From Gemmatimonadota bacterium (GTDB lineage: Bacteria; Latescibacterota; UBA2968; UBA8231), in assembly GCA_038153405.1 (NCBI GenBank), contig JAYOYH010000008.1, positions 59,398 to 123,397 on the forward strand: 64,000 bases of DNA. The letters are read 5' to 3'. Both the position numbers and the translations under genes were made by a program. Under the pieces are notes generated by a model. The model was given only the letters and a program-made list of their open reading frames with translations, had not been told where the DNA came from and did no database searches. Below, piece by piece: positions 9,628-18,974 of this stretch. The number at the start of each line of letters is the position of its first letter. Position 1 is the first letter of the stretch.

Positions 9628-9663
9628 CAACGCGCCGCCGGAAAGCAATCCGACGGCGCGTTG
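9628..9663 (-). terminator. Hairpin directly downstream of tRNA-Gly, probable terminator
   Basis: CAACGCGCCGCCGGA-aagcaa-TCCGACGGCGCGTTG near-perfect inverted repeat 5 nt after the CCA end. Confidence 0.6.
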
Positions 9664-9668
9664 AAAAA

Positions 9669-9744
9669 TGGAGCGAGAGACGAGACTCGAACTCGCGACA
9701 ACCACGTTGGCAACGTGGGGCTCTACCAACTGAGCTACTCTCGC
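9669..9744 (-). tRNA. tRNA-Gly: tRNA-Gly (anticodon GCC)
   Basis: Reverse complement GCGAGAGTAGCTCAGTTGGTAGAGCCCCACGTTGCCAACGTGGTTGTCGCGAGTTCGAGTCTCGTCTCTCGCTCCA: 76 nt cloverleaf, anticodon arm CCACG-TTGCCAA-CGTGG, TTCGA T-loop, encoded CCA. Confidence 0.97.
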
Positions 9745-9771
9745 CTGCGAAATCAAATTTATAAGGAGCAA

Positions 9772-9800
9772 AATATAAGCATGGCCCAAAGAGTCGTCAA
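9772..9800 (-). promoter_or_regulatory. Putative sigma70 promoter of tRNA-Gly
   Basis: Minus strand TTGACG-N17-TATATT about 27 nt upstream of the tRNA 5' end; overlaps the start of the divergent CDS. Confidence 0.55.
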
Positions 9801-12800
9801 GGCGCCGTACGCCCTTTTTTATATCCTAGCCCTCTTTGCACTGGGCGCCTGTGCCCCCGCTCAACAAACGGCCGATGGGCCCGATAAACACCCACCTTCG
9901 CGCGCGCGCTGGCACAACAATCAGGGCGTTGTTTACATGGATCAGCACAACTACACGCGCGGCCGCAGCGAGTTTGAGCGGGCGATCTCCATAGCGTCTG
10001 ACTATGCAGTAGCCCACGCCAATTTGGGCATCTCACTCTACAGTTTGGGCAAGTACGATAGCGCTGCCACTGCGCTGCAGACAGCACTGCGCCACGACGA
10101 CAACTTGCTGCAAGCGCACTACACGCTGGGACTAATCTACAACGCCCAGGGCAAAGAGCACGACAACGCCCTGCAGTCGCTCAGCGCGGTGGCTTCGGCC
10201 GACCCGGATGATCCCCACGTGCGCTACTACCTGGGTCAAGTGCGCGCCAAGCTGAGCCAGAATGAAGCGGCCATTGCCGATTTCCTAGAGGCCATACGCC
10301 TCGACCCCTACAACGTCTCTGCCTACTACGGCATGGCCAACGCCCACCGCCGCTTGGGCAACGAAAAGGACTGGCGCGCCGCGCTGGAAAAATTCAACGA
10401 ATTGAGCCAGGCTGGTCACCAAGGCGTGAGTTCCTCATACCAGGGCCAAGGACGCTATGCAGAAGTCGTCAGCGATGGCAGTGGCGCCGATCGGAGTGCA
10501 GATGATCGCAGCGGCCCCTTTGCCTTTGCCGACCCGCAACGCATTGCCCCCACACCACCGCTCTACGCGACGCTGATCGACAGCGACGGCGACGGCGATG
10601 CGGACGTGCTAAGCGGCGCGCCGCTGGCTCTCTACGGGCGCGGCACCGATGCCATTGAGCTGAGCGCCCCTGCCGTGCCGGCGTCCTTCGCACTGGCGGC
10701 AGACCTCGACAACGACGAGCGCCAGGAAGTGGTTTTATGCGGCGCGACAACCGCGCTGCTGCACGGCCCAACGCCCTCGCAGTGGAAGACGACGGCTACT
10801 CTTCCCGCCGCTCAGAGCGCCGTCGCGGCAGATGTCGATCACGACGGCGACCTCGATCTGCTGCTAATGGGCGAACGGCATCACCTGATGACCAACGACG
10901 GTCAGGCCTCGTTTAGCGACGCGACCGACGCAGCCGCACTCGGCGGTCAACCCCCTATCCAATGGGCCATTTTTAGCGATTTTGACGACGACCGCGACAT
11001 AGACTTCTACGCCATCTCGAGTGAAGGCCTACACCTCTACAGCAACAACCGCGACGGCACCTTTAGCGACGTAGCTACCGCGCTGGGCCTCACCGTGTCG
11101 GCGGCCCGCGCCATAGCGGTCGAGGACGTCGATCAAGACGGCTATATGGACCTGCTCGTTGCGGCAGATGACGGCGCAGTAACGCTCTGGCACAACGACG
11201 GCGGGACGCGCTTCACCCGCGGGCACTCCATCGATGGAACGGGGGCGGTGGCGCTGCTGAGCGCCGATGCCGACAACGACGGCGACATGGACTTCTGGGC
11301 GCTGGGCAACAGCGGCGCTACTCTGCTCGCTTGGCACGATGGCGCCCTGCGCGAAACCGAGCGCGTCCTTGAGGGGCAAAAGGCATATCCGGCTCTTGCA
11401 GCAGACTTCGACCGCGATGGACGGACGGACCTATGGAGCGCAGGGGCGCTCATAACAAACCAAACGCAGGGAGGGCGCTGGGTTCGCATAGCCCTGCAAG
11501 GGCTCAACAGCAACCGCGCCGGCATTGGCACAAAGGTGGAAATCAAAACCGAAAACCGCATGCAGAAACGCGAGGTGCGCGGCAATGGTGACGCCGAGAG
11601 CGAGCTGCTGTTTGGCCTGGCCGACAACGACTCGCTGGAATTCGTGCGCATCCTCTGGCCCGGCGGGGTGCGCCAAACGGAACTGGCCACTGGAGCCGGC
11701 CAGCGCCTGGCCCTTAAAGAGCTCGATCGCAAGGGCACGTCCTGCCCGATACTCTACGCTTGGGACGGCGAGCGCTACCAATTCGTCACCGATATTCTCG
11801 GCGGCGGCATCATCGGCTACTTTATCGCGCCGGGCCAGTACTACTATCCCGACAGCGACGAGTACGTTCCGCTCGGCGCCATCGAAGTGCGAAACGGACA
11901 CTACTCGCTCAAGTTGACCAACCAACTCGAGGAAATCATCTACATAGACGCGCTTGAACTGGTCGCCGTAGACCATGCCCCCGACGTCGCGGTCTATCCA
12001 AACGAACGCCTGCTATCAGCCCCTCCCTACCCGGAATTTGCGCTCTATCCGCTCGCCGACCTGCACCCGCCGCGCGATGCTGTAGACCATCGGGGCCGCC
12101 GCGTTCTGTCCGACTTAGAAGCAATTGACGACGTCTGGTACGACGACTTTGGCCTGACGGATATACACGGCTACGCCCAAGAGTACAGCCTCACGCTGGA
12201 CTTAGGCGATCTGAGCGACGTCGAACACCCCGCCCTGCTCGCCTACGGCTGGGTTGACTACGCGCATTCCAGTTCAAATTGGGCGGCGGCCCAGCGCGAT
12301 TTGTCCCTATCGCCGCCGCGTATTGAAGCGGCCGACGGACGCGGTGGTTGGCGCCTTCTAAGCAGCGATATGGGCACTCCAGCCGGCCTGCCCAAGCACA
12401 TGCTTTTTGACCTGCGCGATGCCTTCACAAGCGATGATTATCGCGTGCGGATCACGACAAATGCAGCGATTTACTGGGATCAGTTTTTGGTAGGATCCGC
12501 GCAAGACAGCCCACTGCGCGTGCAGCGCATGCAGCCGACGGCGGCCGATTTGAGCTGGCGCGGCTATCCAGCTCACACGTCGATCCACGGCACATTTGCC
12601 TTTCGCTACGACTACGACCAACTCCATCTAGAAGCGCCCTGGGGCACGCACGGCGGAGCCTACACGCGCCTTGGTCCGGTCGGCGAACTGGTCGATGCGA
12701 TCGATGATCGCTTTGTCATTATGTTCCACGGAGACGAGCTGAGCTTCGAGTTTTCCGCCGACCACTTGGCACCGCCCGCCCCCGGCATGCAGCGCAGCTT

Positions 12801-12993
12801 TCTGCTCTATGCCAACGGCTTTGGTAAGGACATGGACTTCCACTCCGCCCATTCGCAGACGGTGGAACCCCTACCCTTCCACGGCATGTCATCCTATCCC
12901 TATCCGGCAGAGGAGCGCTATCCGCAGAGCGAGGCCCATTTGGACTATGTCGAAGAATACAATACGCGCCGCGTGCGCGGTTATTACCGCTAG
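9781..12993 (+). CDS. TPR + FG-GAP/VCBS repeats + ASPIC/UnbV domain lipoprotein (CRTAC1-like)
   Basis: Lipobox FALGAC; TPRs (aa ~45-210); repeated DxDxDGDxD motifs; 'LQGLNSNRAGIGTKVE...LLFGLAD...VRILWPGG' ASPIC domain; 'SCPILYAWDG' C-terminal module. The ORF-track start at 9661 overlaps the tRNA, so ATG 9781 was used. Confidence 0.85.
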   Translation: MAQRVVKAPYALFYILALFALGACAPAQQTADGPDKHPPSRARWHNNQGVVYMDQHNYTRGRSEFERAISIASDYAVAHANLGISLYSLGKYDSAATALQTALRHDDNLLQAHYTLGLIYNAQGKEHDNALQSLSAVASADPDDPHVRYYLGQVRAKLSQNEAAIADFLEAIRLDPYNVSAYYGMANAHRRLGNEKDWRAALEKFNELSQAGHQGVSSSYQGQGRYAEVVSDGSGADRSADDRSGPFAFADPQRIAPTPPLYATLIDSDGDGDADVLSGAPLALYGRGTDAIELSAPAVPASFALAADLDNDERQEVVLCGATTALLHGPTPSQWKTTATLPAAQSAVAADVDHDGDLDLLLMGERHHLMTNDGQASFSDATDAAALGGQPPIQWAIFSDFDDDRDIDFYAISSEGLHLYSNNRDGTFSDVATALGLTVSAARAIAVEDVDQDGYMDLLVAADDGAVTLWHNDGGTRFTRGHSIDGTGAVALLSADADNDGDMDFWALGNSGATLLAWHDGALRETERVLEGQKAYPALAADFDRDGRTDLWSAGALITNQTQGGRWVRIALQGLNSNRAGIGTKVEIKTENRMQKREVRGNGDAESELLFGLADNDSLEFVRILWPGGVRQTELATGAGQRLALKELDRKGTSCPILYAWDGERYQFVTDILGGGIIGYFIAPGQYYYPDSDEYVPLGAIEVRNGHYSLKLTNQLEEIIYIDALELVAVDHAPDVAVYPNERLLSAPPYPEFALYPLADLHPPRDAVDHRGRRVLSDLEAIDDVWYDDFGLTDIHGYAQEYSLTLDLGDLSDVEHPALLAYGWVDYAHSSSNWAAAQRDLSLSPPRIEAADGRGGWRLLSSDMGTPAGLPKHMLFDLRDAFTSDDYRVRITTNAAIYWDQFLVGSAQDSPLRVQRMQPTAADLSWRGYPAHTSIHGTFAFRYDYDQLHLEAPWGTHGGAYTRLGPVGELVDAIDDRFVIMFHGDELSFEFSADHLAPPAPGMQRSFLLYANGFGKDMDFHSAHSQTVEPLPFHGMSSYPYPAEERYPQSEAHLDYVEEYNTRRVRGYYR

Positions 12994-13002
12994 TCCTGCA
13001 CC

Positions 13003-13938
13003 CTATGAAATGACATCCATGGCGCAGCGGAATCCTATGTACTCCTGGTAGACCTTGGGGTTAGCCGAGTGGCGTGCCGCGGCGCGAATATCGACGCGAT
13101 TGGTGTGATACCCACCCCCGCGATACACCTTTATGCTGCCCTCCGGTGGCCCCTGCGGATTCGACTCGGGGCTGCGCGCATAGTACTTTTCCTCAAACCA
13201 GTCGGCGACCCATTCGCCGACGTTGCCGCACATGTCCCACAGGCCAAATTCGCTCACGCCCTTGGGATATTTTTCAACCGAGGTCGTCTTGCCCTCCGCA
13301 TTGGCGTAGTTGGCAAATTCGGGCGTGCACTGCTTGCCCCAGGGATACTCGCGCTGCTCCGTTCCGCGCGCCGCCCATTCCCATTCGGCTTCTGTAGGCA
13401 GGCGCTTACCGACCCACTCCACGTAGGCGCAGGCATCTTCCCACGAAACATTTACCACCGGATGATCCGCTCTCCCACTGGGAAATGTGCCGTTTTGCCA
13501 GTGGACCGGCGTGCGGTGTCCCACCACGTCGACAAAGTCCTTATACTGCATGTTAGTCACTTCGTAGCGATCTAAATAGAACGATTTTAGCTGCACTCTG
13601 TGCTCCGGATTTTCTTCCAGATTGCCCGTCGAATTGCTGCCCATGCGCAGCGTGCCACCTGGCACGAGAACCATTTCGCGCTGGTTAATTTTTTCCTGCA
13701 GTTCGAGCCGCTCGTCTTCCATACTAATAATGCCTTCGCGCAGCCCCTCTATTTGTCTGAGTATATCGGCTCGACTTGATTCGGCCTCCGTTATCTTATC
13801 GTTGAATTCGCGCTTGCGACTAGCCACCTGCTCAACGCCGGGCATCACCCGCATCAGTTTTTTGCGGTAGTCTATGAAAATGTGTACCCAGAGCAGAGCA
13901 CATAGGGCAATACCTAGTCCATAAGTCCAATCTTCCAT
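13003..13938 (-). CDS. Membrane-anchored coiled-coil protein with FGE-sulfatase (SUMF1-family, C-type lectin fold) domain
   Basis: HPVVNVSWEDA, RLPTEAEWEWAARG, FGLWDMCGNVGEW, IGFRCA motifs; N-terminal TM plus coiled coil; FGE catalytic Cys pair not seen. Confidence 0.9.
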   Translation of the reverse strand: MEDWTYGLGIALCALLWVHIFIDYRKKLMRVMPGVEQVASRKREFNDKITEAESSRADILRQIEGLREGIISMEDERLELQEKINQREMVLVPGGTLRMGSNSTGNLEENPEHRVQLKSFYLDRYEVTNMQYKDFVDVVGHRTPVHWQNGTFPSGRADHPVVNVSWEDACAYVEWVGKRLPTEAEWEWAARGTEQREYPWGKQCTPEFANYANAEGKTTSVEKYPKGVSEFGLWDMCGNVGEWVADWFEEKYYARSPESNPQGPPEGSIKVYRGGGYHTNRVDIRAAARHSANPKVYQEYIGFRCAMDVIS

Positions 13939-14008
13939 AGATCCTCACTTTCTTGACATTTATCGGGCCCAATGGGATATTTAACGCCAACCTCGCCCAG
14001 TGGGATTC

Positions 14009-16117
14009 ATGGCAAAACGCATCGCCCTATATATACTATCATTTTTTTTGTTCTATGCACTCTGCCTCGTAGGGGTCTACCTGTCGTTTAACGACAACCT
14101 GCCCGATATTGCAGCCTGGAGTTTCCAACCCAAACGCATCACCAAAGTCTACTCACAGGATGGGCAGCACCTGCAGGATTTCCTCGAAGAAAACCGCGAA
14201 ATCCTCACCTACGAAGAAATCCCCAAGTCCATCTTAGACGCGCTCATTTCAATCGAAGACCAGCGCTTTTTTTCCCATTGGGGCATCGATATTCGCCGCA
14301 TTTTCGGCGCCGTCATTGCCAATATTCGCTCCGTGAGCCTGACTGCACAGGGCGCCAGTACCATTACGCAACAGCTGGCGCGCAACGTCTTTGTCGAAGA
14401 AGTAGGCAACCAGCGCAGCAGCGCATCGGTCGATGCTGTCATCGCCACCTATGCCCGAAAAATCCGCGAGCAAATCACCGCCGTCTACATAGAGCGCCTC
14501 TACACAAAACAAGAGATACTGACCATGTATCTCAACAAAGTCTACTTTGGCCACGGCGCACATGGCTTAAAAGCAGCGGCTCATTACTACTTCGACAAAG
14601 ACGTCAGCGACCTCGACGTAGAAGAAAGCGCCATGCTGGTCGGCCTGCTCAAGGCACCAAACGGCTACAGTCCCATCCGCCGGCCAGAGCGCGCAATCAA
14701 GCGCCGCAATCAGGTGCTCTACAGCATGGTTGAAAACGGCAAACTGTCGCGCACGACCTATGAGAAGCTGATTCGCCAGCCCATTGCCACCCGCCTGCGC
14801 AGCCGAGCCGAAACGTACGGCTTGGCCCCCTATTTCGTCGAACACGTTCGCCAGCAGATGCAGCGCGAGTTTGGCTCTGCCATATACAACGAGGGCTTCT
14901 CCGTGCAGACGACGCTGGACTCGCGCCTGCAGCGCATAGCCGAAATGCACTACGCCAGCGAAGTGCGCCGCGTGCGCGACAACGTCAACAGCTATCTGGC
15001 GCGCCAGGACTCGTCGGAGGGCCTGCCCGATTCGACCATTGTCCAAGCCGCTTTTGTGGCGATGGATCCGCGCACGGGCCGCATTCTCGCCATGATCGGC
15101 GGACGCGATTTCAGCGAGAGCAAATTCAATCGCGCGACGCAGGCCAAGCGCCAGCCCGGCTCCTCGTTCAAGCCCTTTGTCTACACGGCGGCGATAGACA
15201 ACAATCGCTTCACCATTGACATTCTCGACGACAACGCCATTACGCTGCTCGACGAGACGACCGGCGAATTTTGGGACCCGGAAAACTACGACAAAAAGTT
15301 TAAAGGGCCCATGACGCTGCGCGAAGGCTTTAAACAGTCGCGCAATTTAATCGCTCTTAAACTAGCCGACGAGATTGGTCCCTCCCTCATCCGGCGCTAC
15401 GCGCGCAATATGGGCATATCGACCTCCATCCGCGCCATCCCCTCTATTGGCATCGGCACCAGCGAGGTCAATTTATTGGATATGGTTGCCGCCTACTGCG
15501 TCTTTCCCAACAAGGGCATCTACGTCGAACCCTTTTCTATTGCGCAGGTTGACGATAAAGATGGCAATGCAGTCTACAGCGTAGAAGGCGGCGCCAAACG
15601 CGAAGTGTTGCGCCCAGCAGTGGCCGTCATTATGACCGACATGATGCGCTCCGTCATAGACGAAGTGGGCGGCACCGGTCACGCCATTCGCACGCGCTTC
15701 CGCTTTCGACCCGCAGCCGGCGGCAAGACCGGCACGACCAACGACTACACCGACGCTTGGTTTATCGGCTTTACCCCGCACCTAGTCGCCGGCGTTTGGG
15801 TGGGCATTGACGATCCGAGCCTGCGCCTGTGGCCACGGCAGGCTGGCGCCGCCGCGGCCCTGCCGCTGTGGGCGCTGTTTATGAAGGACGTATACGCGCA
15901 GGTCGAACCGTATAAAGGTCTTGCTGGAGATGAATTTGACTATGCGGATGGGCTGGTAACGCGCCTGCCCATTTGCAACGATACGCACAAATTGGCGACG
16001 CGCTTCTGCCCCGACCAGAGCGAGGATATTTTTATAGCGGATGAGGCGCCGCCGGCATCGTGCCCGCTGCACGGCGGCAACTCGACGCCGGCGCAGTCGC
16101 GCGTGCAGCGCTTTTAG
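14009..16117 (+). CDS. mrcA: Class A penicillin-binding protein (PBP1A family)
   Basis: Transglycosylase EDQRFFSHWG, GASTITQQLARN, RKIRE; transpeptidase SSFK, SRN, KTGT. Confidence 0.93.
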   Translation: MAKRIALYILSFFLFYALCLVGVYLSFNDNLPDIAAWSFQPKRITKVYSQDGQHLQDFLEENREILTYEEIPKSILDALISIEDQRFFSHWGIDIRRIFGAVIANIRSVSLTAQGASTITQQLARNVFVEEVGNQRSSASVDAVIATYARKIREQITAVYIERLYTKQEILTMYLNKVYFGHGAHGLKAAAHYYFDKDVSDLDVEESAMLVGLLKAPNGYSPIRRPERAIKRRNQVLYSMVENGKLSRTTYEKLIRQPIATRLRSRAETYGLAPYFVEHVRQQMQREFGSAIYNEGFSVQTTLDSRLQRIAEMHYASEVRRVRDNVNSYLARQDSSEGLPDSTIVQAAFVAMDPRTGRILAMIGGRDFSESKFNRATQAKRQPGSSFKPFVYTAAIDNNRFTIDILDDNAITLLDETTGEFWDPENYDKKFKGPMTLREGFKQSRNLIALKLADEIGPSLIRRYARNMGISTSIRAIPSIGIGTSEVNLLDMVAAYCVFPNKGIYVEPFSIAQVDDKDGNAVYSVEGGAKREVLRPAVAVIMTDMMRSVIDEVGGTGHAIRTRFRFRPAAGGKTGTTNDYTDAWFIGFTPHLVAGVWVGIDDPSLRLWPRQAGAAAALPLWALFMKDVYAQVEPYKGLAGDEFDYADGLVTRLPICNDTHKLATRFCPDQSEDIFIADEAPPASCPLHGGNSTPAQSRVQRF

Positions 16118-16422
16118 TCTTCCAGCTTAAACTTGGTCGGCTTGCGGCGCCGCTCGCGGGCGCGAAATTGCTCGACTTTTTTCTGCACCTCGCCGAGCTC
16201 TTTCTCCATTTCGGCGATTTCCTTCTGCAAATTTTCAACCTCTTGCTTGGTCGAATTGGCAGTCGATTGCTCGCTCTCTATGCGCATTTCGCACTCGCGA
16301 ATTTCCTGCCGGGCCAACTCGGCCCGCGGCTTTAGCCCAGAAGAAGCATTCAGGTAGTCGATGATAATCCAGACCAGAAAACCAGCGGCACCGACGGAAA
16401 TTGCAATGTATACCCAGGCCAT
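16114..16422 (-). CDS. Small single-TM coiled-coil protein
   Basis: N-terminal TM then heptad-rich helix; aligns without gaps to the N-terminus of 13003..13938. Confidence 0.8.
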   Translation of the reverse strand: MAWVYIAISVGAAGFLVWIIIDYLNASSGLKPRAELARQEIRECEMRIESEQSTANSTKQEVENLQKEIAEMEKELGEVQKKVEQFRARERRRKPTKFKLED

Positions 16423-16437
16423 GGCGGCCCCCTTTGA

Positions 16438-17016
16438 TTAACGGGGCAATTCCCGTATGATTTTCGTGATGCGCGCGGCAAAATCCGGGTCCATACTGCC
16501 CATGATTTTGGCCATTTGCTGCGGCTGCAGCATTTTCATCAAGGTCGCGACGGTCGTATCACTCAGTTCGGTTTCCTGCTGGAGAATTTCCGCAGCGCGC
16601 TGCGCTTTGATCTTGTCGTAAAACGTCGCCAACTGGCGCAGGCTCGCCTCGCGCTCTTGCTGCGCAGACGAGTCGGACTGAACGCCCAACTTCTGCTCCC
16701 TATCGAGAAGCTCTTCCCTATCCATCTGCAACTGGGCGCTCATCGTAGCCAGGCTCTCTTCTCGGGCAGCCGCCTGCTGGTTCATCTCCTCATAGCGCGT
16801 CTTGTATTCTTCTGTCAGCACCGCCAGTTCGGCCAGGCGGTCCTCTTTTAGGCGAAACTCTTCAAAGATATCGGTCGAATCCTGGTTGCCCAGTACAAAA
16901 GAGACCAATTCCTCGGGCGTCTTCACCGTCTTTGTAAAAAAGAGCATGGCCACCAGCGCGGCGCCAAACGAGAAGAACATGCCAACAATCAGCAGGGGAG
17001 CCATTAAATACTTCAC
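16438..17016 (-). CDS. MotE/FlbB-like (MgtE N-terminal-like) flagella-associated protein
   Basis: N-terminal TM, coiled coil, C-terminal 'LATFYDKIKAQRAAEIL...VATLMKMLQPQQMAKIMGSMDPDFAARIT' repeat typical of the family. Confidence 0.7.
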   Translation of the reverse strand: MKYLMAPLLIVGMFFSFGAALVAMLFFTKTVKTPEELVSFVLGNQDSTDIFEEFRLKEDRLAELAVLTEEYKTRYEEMNQQAAAREESLATMSAQLQMDREELLDREQKLGVQSDSSAQQEREASLRQLATFYDKIKAQRAAEILQQETELSDTTVATLMKMLQPQQMAKIMGSMDPDFAARITKIIRELPR

Positions 17017-17046
17017 GCCTGACCTCGCTCGAGTTCGTCCGCTGAA

Positions 17047-18738
17047 TTACAGTATGAAGAAGATGTAGACCAATCCCCCGATTATGCTGGCAGAAAGGCC
17101 GCGTTCAACCATCTTATTATCGGCTTCAATCATCGCGCGCTTTACCGCCTCACCGCCCAGTATGTCAACGCTGGCGCCAGGCACGGAATCCTCGAGATAG
17201 GAGCGAATTCTGCGCTCCCACTGCACCGTGCCATGGCGCTGCTCTACCAGGCGCAGGACCAAATCGCCGTAGGCTGCGCGCTTTTTGTTGCTGGCCAGCA
17301 GCGGCCAGCCACCGGCCGAAGAATAGACTATGCGCGAACTCACTAGGCGGTAGTGAATAATACCGGCGTTTTCGCCCGGTTCGGGCGCGCGCACCATGAG
17401 TTGATAGCCGCGCTTTCGCAGTATTTCGGCCAGCGCATCTTCGACGATCCAATTGGCGTCGTTTTTGGCATCGCTCTGCAGGTAAATGGGCAACTCGCCT
17501 TCCATAGGCAACTGGCCCATCTGTTCGGCCAGCGCCAGCAAAAAAGACTCGGAGACCAGCTCTAAATCGGTGGGCCACGTCGATCGTTCAGCGGCCTCGC
17601 GCCCCTCGGGCCAAGCCACGTCGACTGTCATATCACCAGCCAGAGGAATAAATTCGCTGCGCCCCGGTGGGCGGGCAAAAGATCGCCAGGTAAACGGGCC
17701 CGGACGCTGCGGCGTTAGGCGCAGTTCGATTTGGACGTGCTGACCGGGTTCGATCGATGCGAGGCCTTCGACGACGACGACGCGCTGCCCGTCGCGGACG
17801 TCGATGCGCATACTGGCCGACTCTTCGACGAGGGCCACGTCGGCAAAGGCCGAGTTGATATCCAGTCGCAGCGCCTCGACGGGAATGCTGTGCGCGCTGG
17901 CATTGCGCCAGCGGAAGGCAATGGTGCGCTCGCGCCCAACTTCAATGATTTCCCCGTCGACTTCGGCTACGGGCAGGGGGTCGACGCGTAGGATTGCCGG
18001 GGCCAGCGCCACGGCCGGCATAGCACCTACGCTGGCTAACGCGCCGATTTCGACGGTGCCCAACGCACCGTTGTCTGCCGTCACTTCTATTTCTCTTACC
18101 GCGCTCTGACCGGACGCCAATTCACCTTCCATCGATTCGCCAGCGCGCACGGGCCGTATTTCCCGCGGCCACTGCCACTGCACGGCGCGCAGCGGGCGTT
18201 CTGCATCATCGGCGTGTTCGACGTGGACTTCGAGGCGAGCGGTCTCTCCCTGATAGAGGCGCTCGGGTTTGATCCGCCACGCGGTTTCCACGCCGTTTTC
18301 CATCCGCAAGGCGACTGTCGAACGGTGGGCGACGCCCTCCCCGGCAGAGGAAAATATCGCCAGTTCGAGCGGTATTTCGCCGTCCCGCCGCAGCGTCTGA
18401 GCCTCCAGATACACCGTGTCGACAAACGACCCCGTCAGCGGCCGATCCGCGTAGTCGATCTCCACGTGTGCTGACCCCACTCGGGCGGTCCCGTGTTGGG
18501 CCGCTGCCTCGCGCACGCTCAGATCAGCAGGGGCAAAGGCAACCCGCGAGCGCACAACGGCTTCGCCGTCGCCGATAAAATACTGTAGATAGAGGGCTAT
18601 GCGCTGCTCCGCTTCGGCGGCCAGCGCCTCGTTGACAGGGCGTATAACCCCCGTTGAGCGGGCCTGTAGTTCGTTTGAAAAACCCGCTAGTAACAGGCTG
18701 CAAAAGGCCGGTAATACCCTGGTCAGCACCCCATTCAT
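17047..18738 (-). CDS. Hypothetical exported protein with Ig-like central segments and C-terminal membrane anchor
   Basis: Signal peptide; CARDB/DUF11-like segments 'GELASGQSAVREIEV', 'SIEPGQHVQIELRLTPQRPG'; C-terminal hydrophobic helix. Confidence 0.6.
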   Translation of the reverse strand: MNGVLTRVLPAFCSLLLAGFSNELQARSTGVIRPVNEALAAEAEQRIALYLQYFIGDGEAVVRSRVAFAPADLSVREAAAQHGTARVGSAHVEIDYADRPLTGSFVDTVYLEAQTLRRDGEIPLELAIFSSAGEGVAHRSTVALRMENGVETAWRIKPERLYQGETARLEVHVEHADDAERPLRAVQWQWPREIRPVRAGESMEGELASGQSAVREIEVTADNGALGTVEIGALASVGAMPAVALAPAILRVDPLPVAEVDGEIIEVGRERTIAFRWRNASAHSIPVEALRLDINSAFADVALVEESASMRIDVRDGQRVVVVEGLASIEPGQHVQIELRLTPQRPGPFTWRSFARPPGRSEFIPLAGDMTVDVAWPEGREAAERSTWPTDLELVSESFLLALAEQMGQLPMEGELPIYLQSDAKNDANWIVEDALAEILRKRGYQLMVRAPEPGENAGIIHYRLVSSRIVYSSAGGWPLLASNKKRAAYGDLVLRLVEQRHGTVQWERRIRSYLEDSVPGASVDILGGEAVKRAMIEADNKMVERGLSASIIGGLVYIFFIL

Positions 18739-18974
18739 CCTTCGCAACTTCTGTCCATTTTGATCCTGAAAATAGAGCGGGAGGAAATCGTCTGAAACTC
18801 TTTTAGCACTTAGACTTGCGTCAAAACAACCTTAATATAAAAGCCCGTGACTGTCAAGGCGTTTCTCCCGTACTTTGCCCCGCCGTCAACGCGGCAAACT
18901 TGACTTTAAATACCCCCGCTCAGTACGTTGTAGGGGGACGCGATTTTCGCCCCCTCTTGCCCAATCGACGAGCC

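Noticed and set aside
9541..9744. tRNA-Gly as integration site of a genomic island
   Set aside because: No integrase, no duplicate tRNA 3' end seen, and no compositional shift in the flanking genes
9661..9780. N-terminal extension of the 1110-aa ORF
   Set aside because: It is the antisense reading of tRNA-Gly; the signal peptide starts at 9781
13003..13150. Diversity-generating retroelement target (FGE/C-lectin C-terminus)
   Set aside because: No reverse transcriptase and no template repeat differing at adenines was seen in the window
18802..18830. CIRCE (HrcA) element starting TTAGCACT
   Set aside because: The second half-site GAGTGCTAA is absent and the neighbours are not chaperone genes
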